Source of the DNA: Antedon mediterranea
Lineage: Eukaryota; Animalia; Echinodermata
Reading direction: 5' to 3'
Assembly: GCF_964355755.1 (NCBI RefSeq)
Contig: NC_092678.1
Span: 6,216,422-6,280,421, forward strand
DNA: 64,000 bases
The notes under the pieces: generated by a model
Database searches by the model: none
Seen by the model: the letters and a program-made list of their open reading frames with translations, nothing else
What the model was told of the DNA's origin: nothing
Shown: in pieces, positions 54,001-64,000 of the stretch
Layout: every line of letters begins with the position of its first letter
Position numbering within the stretch: the first letter of the stretch is position 1
Program-made: the position numbers and the translations under genes

Positions 54001-57000
54001 CCTTAATAGAGGTTTCCCAAAGGGGGGATTTTTCTTGTTATAATAATTTTAACAATATTAAAAAAAAAAAAATCGACAGATTACATTAATTCTATTTGTT
54101 AAGGAATCCATTACATATTTTATTATGATTATTAGGTAATAGGTTCTGCTCGAATAACTTAATTCACAAGAAGATTCCAATTTAAGGAAACTGAAATGTA
54201 AATGTGTGACTTTTAGGGTTTTGCCGCTATTTTTTTATCACAAACTCTGAAAGCAAAGAAATAATAAACAAATGTTATGAAATAAAATGAATGTAACATA
54301 AAAATGTTTTTTTGCTTTGTTTCGAGTAAAAATTTGGTAGAAAAATGCATTTATTTTTAAAATAGTACTCAAATATAATTACTCAAAACTTAAGCTCTGT
54401 CTACACTATCAAAAAAATTGTATGTGCCCATATATGGACATGATGATGTCATTTCACTACCATGTTTGGGCATATCACTCCCATATTTGGCACAACATTG
54501 ACTAATTGATGGCATTAATTGACTTCCAGCATAGGTAGTAGTAATGTAATTGATATTTCCCTTAGTAAGTCACAGATGTTAGAAAATAATGATAATTTAT
54601 GTGGGTAGATACTGTAAAATAACCATGCGTTAGTTTGTGAATAAGTTAAAGATTAAAATACCTGTTATTAGTATTTAAAATTGATATAGAATGTACCATG
54701 TTTTATGATTAAATCTCGGAGTTGATAAAATCCTGTGAAATGTTTGAATATAGTCCCAGTGGGCCTAAACTAAAGGATGGTATAATACTTGAACATGGAA
54801 CTATATTTTTATTCATATTTATTTATTGTGTCTTTATACTAAATGGACACTTTCAGTGCTAAAGCATTGATTTCCAAAAATGGTTCAAATTATATTTAAT
54901 TATTAATTTAATATTTGAATCAGGTTATTGTTTAATAATAAAGGTTAGAAAAATATTTTGTAGCATACAAACGATGTAAGGTAGCATTTTATGTTAATAA
55001 TATAATTGTCTTAAAAGCAAGTTTATTGTGCACAATGATATTAAGGTCATAGTTCAGTAGCTAAGGGTTAAAGTTCATTATGTACCTGGATGCTTAGACG
55101 CTTCGCCTTTCCATAATTAAACAGTGAGTCATCCGATATAATGTCACTGTGCATCAAATTAAATAACAATATCTTTGATCATTACACATTCATCTATAGC
55201 TTTGTCCGAGATATTCCATTTGAAACGACCGAAGCCTTTTAGCGTCAAGAACATGATTCTGAATCCAAGATGCGGTATCTTATGAAAATTAATCCGAAAA
55301 TTTTTATTATACTTAGATGAATAAATTACCATGATTTCTTATGGTCAGATACCGTATGTAATATACATTGTACACTTGTGAGTTAAAGTATCAGTAAATT
55401 CGTAATGTTTTGAACTTGAAAGGGGTGTGGGTATAACCCCCTATTAATCGGATCAAATATGTAGTTCAGGTCTTGAATACTGTACTTTAAAGTCCCTATT
55501 GTCTGTCTTTTAAATGTCAGTCGTCTTCATTTTGAAGTCTATATGCTTACATGAATTAACCAAGCTAGGCCTAGGCCTCTAATAAACATTCCTTTTGAAA
55601 ACCCCTATCAGACAATGGTACATTCCATAAACCCCCATTCTAATTTTTTCTCGTTTCATTAAAACTTTAAAACATAAATTAACCAATGTAGGCCTATTTA
55701 TTTCCACCTACAGTTAACCGTACATTCCTTTTGAACACCCCTATCAGATAATGGTGAATTCCATGAACCCCATCCTAATTTATAACAGTTTCTCTCATTT
55801 CATTAGAATTTTAAAACATGGATTAACCAACATAAGCCTATTTCTTTCCACCTACCATACACCTCAATACATTCCTTTTGAACACCCCTATCAGACAATG
55901 GTACATTCTATGAACCCCCATCCTAATTTATAAGAATCTCTCGTTTTATTAAAATTTAAAAACTAGTACGGATAAAATTACCTATGCTTAGGTGAATGCA
56001 AGACATTTGTGATATAAAAATAAAGAGTACTGTACGCCACATGAGATGGTAAGAATCACTCAGCTATTAACTGTCATGGTCTATTAAACATTCTGAAATG
56101 ACTGTACATTTCAATATACTCAAATGATTGTATAACTTGTATACTTTTGCTACAAAGCAGATTAAATCACATCAAGGTATTAGAATCACCAATTGAAATA
56201 CAAAATTATAAGCTCTTTGTACATGCTTTTTCTCTGTCTAATATAGTCTACCTGCGGTTTATTAACTTGGTCTATTTTGTGCCTAGCTTACCTGGATAAA
56301 CCAATATTGGCCAATGTTTGTATGAGAAGAGCGCTGCAATGTTCATGTTGTCTATTTTATGCTTTGCTTACCTGGATAAACCGACATTGGCCAATTTTTC
56401 TATGCGATGAGAGCGCTACAACTTTTTTGCTCTATTTTATGCCTAGCTTACCCGGATAAACCAATATTGGCCAATGTTTGTTGAGAAGAGCGCTACAATG
56501 CTTTGTGTTTGTCTATTTGGTGCCTAGCTTACACGGGTCATTCCATCTCAGATCACCCAATGAGTTAAACCCTACCTCTTCCAATTTTGATGAAATTTGG
56601 TATATGGGTGATTCATAGCAATTAAAGCGAAAATTTCAAATTTTAACTTTATCGTACCAACGGTTTTCGAGATATAGCAATTTAAATTTTCGGTTTTTAC
56701 GCAAAAAAGGGCGCGTCCGCCACGTTTCAAAGAGCTGTATCTCGGGAACTATAGGTTCGATTTTAAAAACAAAGGTATTTTTGTAAAGGGGAGACAATAA
56801 GGAATCTAAATATACTAATTGTGTGTGTTTTATGTTAATTTTAAGTTGAATAAAACTTTGACATATATTTTGACCTTGAAATTGACCCCGTGGAACACGC
56901 CCGATTTGTTGATGACCATCACGAAAAATGTAGCCCTACGTGTCAACTACAACATATAAAAAAATTGGAGGGGTTTTTTTCTTTGTTTCCATGAAATTAC

Positions 57001-60000
57001 AATTTGAAGTTGACATACCTCTTCCTTTTAGTGTATTTTTGGTGTCTGTCCATGCATTACTTCAATGTCAATTTGATGTATTCCAAAAATAATTTTATTT
57101 ACAAACTAAATATCATTATAATGTTACAATTGTCTATGTCTGGCCTTTACTCCTTGTCATCTGGCCAATTCAAACAGTATTTAGAAATGTTGTGGCGATC
57201 ATTTTGGGAAATACTGTAATTCCTAGTCGAAGAGGATTTTATAAACGGAGAGGCTATAATACAATGTACATTTGATTCAGGAATCCAACAACAGTCTTCT
57301 TTGGACAGCCAATAAAAGGTTTTCGCTGGCCCATGAGGATGCATAAATTTAATTTGATAATCCCCAAACTCTTCTGAGACATCCACAACCAAACCAATCC
57401 ATGGGACACCATCATAACTACAGCACACAAAATTCTGAAGTCTAATAATGGTGGGTTGTGTATCAGCAACAATTTAATTTTCATCACTGAAAGATTCTTG
57501 AATCACAACCACATCCGGAGGGTTTATCTGGGTACTAAGTTTGTAGACCTGCATCTGTGCCAGAGAAACAGGAGCAAAGCGATGATATTGTAATGTACCC
57601 TTGATGGTCTGGGTGAGGTTGAATCTTGGCTTTATTTCTTTTTCCACAGTAGATACCTCATCTATTCCCACATGAAAAAAGTTGATGCCTGGAATGTCCA
57701 TATGAGCGAGTCATATGGCCGAGCGGTTAAGGCAGGGGTGCCGTTTACCGTACCTAAAGAGCCAAGAACAACATCGGCAAGGGTTCGAGGCCGACTCGCT
57801 CCTAGTTCTGGTGGTGGAACAAGTCTTCTCGGATAAGGACTATAAACCGTAGGTCCAGTGTACACAGTTATAACCTGTGTGTACTTTAAAGAACCCAGTT
57901 CATTATTCGAAAAAGAGTAGGGGTTACCCCAGTGAACTGGTTCACACAATAGCCCCTGTATCAGGGGGATTACCACCTATCTGATAGGACACTGATTAGT
58001 TCACTATTGGTAATCCTTGGCCACATTGCCTAAAGACATAAAATAAAAATTAAAAATTACACAGTAGTCGAACATACTGAGAGATGTGAGAATATGACAT
58101 TCAGTCAAACGCTGTAAGCTTCTCTTAGTGACAAGCCTCTTAACTGTTCCACCTATGCCATCACATGCACTCTTGCCATGTGATGTAGCGAAAAAATTCC
58201 ACTCGGCGTCTAAACCAAAATCTTCCTGGTGGTGGCAAAGGTTAATAAAGTTATATTTGTTTTTGCATTGGCTGCCACATCCATCTGTGAAATAATGAAC
58301 TTTTTTCATGGTTGGTAGTTTTGTTTTTAAATAGGGGATGACAACCTTTAAAAAGGCCTATACAGTTAACTGTTGTATGTTCTCTGCAATCACTTATTAT
58401 GCATATGTTAATGTGCATAATAACATAGTAAGGACACTAAACTATGTGTCAAAATTGATTTGAAAAGTATGTGAGTTACCCAGTATTTCTCATATCAAAA
58501 TATATCTACTGTTTAAGTGGGCCTGATGAGAAAGCGTAACAATAAGACACCTTAACAGTTAGTGTTCACACTGTGTATAAAGTATAACAACACCAAAAAT
58601 ACACTAAAAGGAAGAGGTATGTCAACTTCAAATTGTAATTTCATGGAAACAAACAAAAAAACCCCTCCAATTTTTTTATATGTTGTAGTTGACACGTAGG
58701 GCTACATTTTTCGTGATAGTCACCAACAAATCGGGCGTGTTCCACGGGGTCAATTTCAAGGTCAAAATATATGTCAAAGTTTTATTCAACTTAAAATTAA
58801 CATAAAACACACACAATTAGTATATTTAGGTTCCTTATGGTCTCCCCTTTACAAAAATACCTTTGTTTTTAAAATCGAACCTATAGTTCCCGAGATACAG
58901 CTCTTTGAAACGTGGCGGCCGCGCCTTTTTTTGCGTAAAAAACGAAAATTTAAATTGCGATATCTCAAAAACCGTTGGTCCGATAAAGTTAAAATTTGAA
59001 ATTTTGGCTTTAATTGCTATGAATCACCCATATACCAAATTTCATCAAAATTGGAAGAGGTAGGGTTTAAAATTCCATTTTTTTTGGGTGAACTGAGATG
59101 GAATGACCCATCTGGATAAACTGACATTGGCCAATTTTTCTTTGAGAAGAGCACTTACATATACAGTGCATATAAATTGTGGTCTAATGTTACATCAAAT
59201 ACCTCTAAAACCTATCAGAGAGGTACATTAGAGTTATAGATCAAACAGAGAGATCAGAGAGCTAAATTGATCACTTGAAATAAACAGAACACAGAAATAT
59301 TCTAAATACTCCTAATAAGGTGACACCTTTGGAAACTAAGATACTGCCCCCTTAATATGGGTGTTTCCTTAAGGTGGTAAGGTGTCCCCTGAATAGAGGT
59401 GCGCCACCGTCTTTTATAGTAAGTCACTCACCTTACAGTCAGTCATACAATGTAGATAAAGCTATAGTATAAGGTCCTAATGGGTTTGCACTATAAAATA
59501 CCATAGCTATAGGCTATATTGCGTTTACTTTTCACAACTAGAGCTTATTGAACAACCAAACTCTTACATACCTCAATGACCTAGTTTCTACAAATAACTG
59601 TGTCGCTGTTAGTGTTAATATTTTATTTATGTAATTTTTTATACTACTGCTATTATATTAGTGTTTGTAGGTATTTTGAATTAAAGATATTTGCATTTAA
59701 TAAGGTAAAGGTAAAGTCGAAACCTAAGCTAATGCTAACGGCCGTGGTGCCCATCTCCATTTCTTTAGCGTTTGGGCCAGACTCCACTAAGTGTGTATGT
59801 TTGTGGGGGGTACGCCACTCCTCCCGCACAAACGAGTCTGATTTACCTTCCCATACCTTTTTACATACCGGTACCTATTTCTGTCACCTGGGTGGGGAGG
59901 AACAATTTGGATAAAGAATCTTGCTCAAGGATTCAACACTACAGTGACCGTGCCGGGGCTTGAACAACCTCTTGATTGCAAGTCCAATGCTCTAACCACT

Positions 60001-63000
60001 GCGCCACAGTTCTCCTACTTATACTTATATCAATTTGATTATCATATTCTTAATAGTTATGTCAGGCCTGCTTGTAATGTAAATTGTAAAAACGTTTCCT
60101 AACTTTATTCTTGCTGCGTATCTCTTTCATGGTTATATGCATCGTGCGAATAATCTTAGCATCTTGGCATTGTCCCAATCGGTATACCTGTTCATCCACG
60201 CACCTTGCACTTATTTTTGCCTATAGTTTACTGTTTTTTAAACCTCTCAACCCTTATAATATTTTAGGCTTTTTATAAATGCCTAACATGGTATATTGGT
60301 AAAATAGAAGGTTTAAAATCTGAGTTTTTTTAGGCTAGATGAAGTCAATCAAATCAGCTAGGCATAGTTGATGTAGGCCTGTCTTTGAGTGTAGAAAACC
60401 ACCTATCAGCATTTGATTTGTGTTTATATCCAGTGTTAAAACAGAAATAAAATACCTTTTAAATTTTTAAGAGCTTTATTCATAGGTAAATAATACATTA
60501 AGGAAATGCAGTGAGTTGGCTTATTAGTGTTAATCTATAAAATGCACACTTCAACTCCCTACTTGCTCTCTGACATATATACCAATTCTAATTGCTATAG
60601 CAACACATTGCTATTAAAGGCATTTCAAATGGTTTAAGTGTATATAGGAACATTCTATATGCGAAAATCCAATATTGTAAAACATCATAATGCTGGCACC
60701 TCAATAATTAGATTTACATATTAAATATTTTGCAATTGCACTTATATAATAATAATTTTTAAACGTAAACATTTTACTATTCATTGGTTCTTATGTACAG
60801 TAGTACTAGTAGGTTGGGAATGGGGAATTTTGTTGTCTGGTTGGGCAGAGGCTTTTTTGGATCGGCGTTTATTCTAATATTAAAGGTGCGGAAAAATGAA
60901 GGCTAACTGTGGGCTAGCATTGGCCCAAAAAGGCACATATTACCTGTACAGTAGTACTCATTTTATTTGGGACACCTATTAAGAGGACACACCTATTCAG
61001 CAGACGACCACCTATTCAGGGAACATTTTCCTGTGAATCGAATGAGAAAAATTTGCAAAGTAAGAGATGATCCCTGCATAATATTTACGATAAACTGCTA
61101 CTATTTTAATGATCCCTTAAGTTATTTTATTGAATTTATAGTAAACAAAGGTGTATTTCCAGCTAAGCTATCAGTGTAAAATGGATATTTATCTTGTAAA
61201 TAATCTTGAAACAAGAGAAGAGAGGAATAAAACTGTCAATTTCCTTAAATGATATTAAAATATGATGGTATAGTATTTATTTTCCTGGCCGGAAGTTTTC
61301 AAATTTCTATTTCATGCATAGCTTACCTGGATAAAATAACCTAACTTAAACAAAAACTTTTAACACCCCTTCAATTTCAAGACAGTGATAGCTTCCATGT
61401 GCAAACTCCCAAATTAAAAAAATGGGTTTTTTTTTCAAAGATATTTAATATTTATTCTTCTTATTTTCAGCTATAAATGTCTGGATTTTTTATTCATTAT
61501 TATTATTTATTTTATTGTTTTTACTGTAGTTGTATTATTTTATTATAATAAATAAAAAAAAAAAAAAATTACAATCTTATTTACTGCATTAAACAACCGA
61601 CATTTACTGCAGTAAATATAAATCAAAGTTTGGATCACCATAATTAATACTTTACAAAACAGTCTATGCATGAAGAAAATTATATTTACTAATCTAATTT
61701 ACTGCAGTAAATAAGGAAATACTGTTTTATTATCATGCTGATTCAAAGTGCGTTGAACCATGAAATATTCTGTCAAAATATTACACTAGTACTTCTGTGT
61801 TTTCATCGCCATAATTGACAGATCTTTTTTTATTTATAATTCCTTCATGAACAAAGTTTTGTTGAAGAAATTCATCTGTGCATAAAATATTAAACAAGCA
61901 CGTTAGTCATTGCATTTTACAGTATATAGATTGCTAATAGAAAATAAAATGGTCACATATTTGGCAGTTATGTAACAAGCATTGCTTGTCTTGAAAACTC
62001 ACACTTTGTGTCTCTCCTTTATCTGTAAAACCATGGAGCAAAATCTGTTTCACTACTCTTGGTAAAACTCAATAAAATGAAAATTGTAATAATATTATTT
62101 ATAAAACTTTCAATTTAAAAAATTAATTAGCAGAAAGATTAGTTTAAAAATTGCATTTTTTCTTTTAACTATGAATACTGGAATTAAATTCTTTTTTACT
62201 ATCAATATTTGTTTAGATTTTAAGAAATAATGTATACTTTACACCGTGGAGTAAACTTTAGTTATAACGTCATGGTAACAATAAACATTCAGGTCTAAAA
62301 CATACACAATAAATTATACTGTAAATCAACAAAAATAATTTAATACAATCATTATTTTGTAATGTCTTTTTTGTGCCTACAGTAGCTTACCTGGATAAAC
62401 TGACATAGGCCAAGAGGAGAACATTTAACTACAAAAAAACTTTGAACACCCTCATAAAAGGTTCCTTTATTAATGATGACTAAACAAATAATACTATTTT
62501 ATAACAAAATGTCGAATATTTAAACATTTATAAATAGAAATAGAATCAATTATTATTATTATCAATTAAATATGATTTTAAATGTCACTATATTTTCGTC
62601 TTAATTTTAAAAATTGTTTTAAATTTTATTTATTTTGTCTTTTTGCAGTTTTATATGCAAGACACCAAGAGCAGTAATGGAACATTTGTCAACAACCAAC
62701 GCCTCAGTAAGGGGTCAGAAGAGAGTTTGCCTAAAGAGATCAATTCGGGGGATATCATACAGTTCGGAGTTGATGTGATGGAAAATAAGGGCGCAAGAGG
62801 AGTCAGTACGTAAAATTTATGATTTTAAATTATTATTTAATGTTTTGCGTTGCAAAGGAGATGCATCTAGTGCATTTCACCACCTCCCCCCCCCCCCCCA
62901 TACTGCAGTAATTACTTTGTATTTCATGTACAAGGCCATATCCAGACAAGCGAAAGCTTTTTATTCATTCTCTTTGTCAAATAAGTCGAGCAATGTAATA

Positions 63001-63985
63001 AATTATTATTATTTTACTTTTTGACAATAAAATTAAAATTAGCAATTTAGCCTTGCTACACCAACTCCCCTCCCCCCCCCCCTTTTTTTTAAAATTAAAA
63101 AATCCCTGGGTCTTATCTCTTGTACAGTAAAACAGCATTCATGTCTGTTCATTGCAAATTGCAGTGTATTTCCTTATATAATGTATACAGCGAGTACAGT
63201 AGATTTGTAAGATACATCCAACAAAGGCTGTAAGCCTATTGTAGATGATTGATTAACCATGTAAATTGCCCTATGCTGTCATAGTGCATGACTGCATGTA
63301 ATATAGAACATTTCAATTATAATAAGATTACTGTATTATCTTAAGTCTTAAGAACCAATTAATTAAGGTATTTGGTTTGTTTTTAATATTTAAACCAAAA
63401 TTGCGTTAATTGTTGCATAAAATTTCTGATTAACATACAGTGTAATTGTATTGTGATGATGTCTTTATTATGCTCTATTTAATTTTTACATAATTTAAAT
63501 AATAATAATAATATTAATTATAAAAGCATTTATAATGCGCCATATATCCAATCAATGATTGCCAATACTGTACATACTGGACATGTGTAGAACCATTATA
63601 AGATTTAAAGCTCTGTCTACACTATCAAACTTTATGGGACAAAACATGTAATGTGCCCATATATGGACATGATGATGTCATATTACTGCCATATTAGGAC
63701 ACATTAAACTGTTTTTGTCAAACTAGTTTGATAGTGTAGGCAGAGCTTTAGATAGAAAGCAAGTTAAAAATACCATACTATATTGTCTACGACAATTAAA
63801 ACTAGTGAATTAGGGAGATGTTAAAATGTATATACTTTGGGCACAATTTTTTTGCGAACTGTGCATTAGTGTGATTAATTATTCATTATTTTATTGAAAT
63901 GTTTGATTATTTTAACAGTTACTCATGGCTGTATAATAGCTACACTGACTTTGTATCTCCCAGACGGCAGAGAAGCTATACGAAG
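51032..63985 (+). CDS. SLMAP: Sarcolemmal membrane-associated protein (FHA domain, STRIPAK subunit), 5' exons 51032-51220, 62649-62805, 63919-63985; continues past window
   Basis: Spliced translation [97 protein letters not shown] matches the SLMAP N-terminal FHA. Canonical splice sites, phases consistent. Confidence 0.95.
52028..52228. mobile_element. Tc1/pogo-like MITE family (also ~13918-14070, 14360-14500, 37670-37900, 53848-54030, 59310-59410; related 19394-19559)
   Basis: TA|CAGTAGAA(C/T)C ends with repeated AGGGGACAC / GTGTCCCCT motifs. Confidence 0.65.
52705..52798 (-). mobile_element. Short tRNA-derived SINE (copies near 28605-28680, 38550-38640, 41075-41150, 48570-48760)
   Basis: rc GTGGAGCTGTAGCTTGGTGGTTAACGTGCTTGCCTTCCAA..GGGTTCAATCCC followed by AGGGTTGTAACTC. 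Confidence 0.65.
53385..53673. repeat. 48-bp tandem repeat (~6 copies)
   Basis: (CTCTGTGACTATTCTGAACACTGCGCCAGTTGCAGTGTGAATRRCCTT)n with an internal hairpin ACACTGC-N7-GCAGTGT. Confidence 0.95.
55550..55960. repeat. ~140-bp tandem triplication
   Basis: ACATTCCTTTTGAAMACCCCTATCAGAYAATGGT..CCAT..ACCCC repeated three times. Confidence 0.85.
56268..56534. repeat. ~83-bp tandem repeat, interrupted by the Sola2 element and resuming at 59110
   Basis: GCCTAGCTTACCTGGATAAACC..TTGGCCAAT..GAGAAGAGCGCT units; dispersed single copies near 61320 and 62383. Confidence 0.8.
56535..59109 (-). mobile_element. Internally deleted Sola2-type DNA transposon with ~510-bp TIRs and a transposase remnant
   Basis: GGGTCATTCCATCTCAG..CTGAGATGGAATGACCC; TIRs at about 56535-57045 and 58590-59109. 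Remnant ORFs 58004-58309 ([31 protein letters not shown]), 57474-57701 and 57147-57428. DeuSINE inserted at 57703-58058. Confidence 0.88.
59701..60010 (-). mobile_element. tRNA-SINE with CORE-like central block and (TTTACC)n tail
   Basis: rc: TGTGGCGCAGTGGTTAGAGC..GTTCAAGCCCC..CCTTGAGCAAGATTCTTTA..CCACCCAGGTG..AAATAGGTACCGG..CTTTACCTTTACCTT. Confidence 0.75.
63609..63747. mobile_element. Harbinger/Tourist-like MITE family, representative copy (~25 copies, e.g. 5554-5699, 10463-10628, 15575-15716, 16062-16222, 21533-21697, 23309-23426, 26432-26542, 26995-27150, 33128-33263, 38246-38382, 41947-42073, 44184-44347, 48946-49070, 51587-51745, 54393-54495)
   Basis: TIR AGCTCTGTCTACACTATCAAACT / AGTTTGATAGTGTAGACAGAGCT, TAA/TTA flanks, internal ATATCACTACCATATTTGGGC repeats. 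Confidence 0.9.
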
Positions 63986-64000
63986 GTAAGAGGGGCTCTC

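Noticed and set aside
58523-58550. Second hammerhead (CTGATGAGAAAG)
   Set aside because: No stem II between the core motifs and no closing stem I.

Overview
AT-rich, intron-dense animal genomic DNA. It is probably a marine invertebrate deuterostome such as an echinoderm; this is inferred from the DeuSINEs and protein style, not proven. Most of the window (about 47.5 kb down to below base 1, minus strand) is one LRRK2 orthologue. I traced about 62 coding exons through ARM, ANK, a Ser-rich linker, LRR, Roc, COR, kinase and the start of WD40. The gene runs off the left edge, and the 5'-most small ARM exons are tentative. Head-to-head on the plus strand lie an orphan PAN/apple-domain exon (49567-49871) and the 5' part of SLMAP (FHA domain; exons 51032-51220, 62649-62805, 63919-63985). 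The introns are packed with mobile DNA: about 25 copies of one Harbinger-type MITE, other MITEs, tRNA-DeuSINEs, a 5S+tRNA chimeric SINE, a CR1/L2 LINE, a Sola2 relic, a Penelope-type fragment carrying a minimal hammerhead ribozyme, and several minisatellites. The most notable observations are four. (1) The Roc domain carries T and L at the positions of human Parkinson hotspots N1437 and R1441. (2) It also carries the Ras-like G and Q pair at T1343 and R1398. (3) The ANK-LRR linker is expanded and built from symmetric phase-1 exons bearing basophilic/14-3-3-type motifs. (4) The hammerhead element. Human residue comparisons are from recalled sequence, and no database searches were run.
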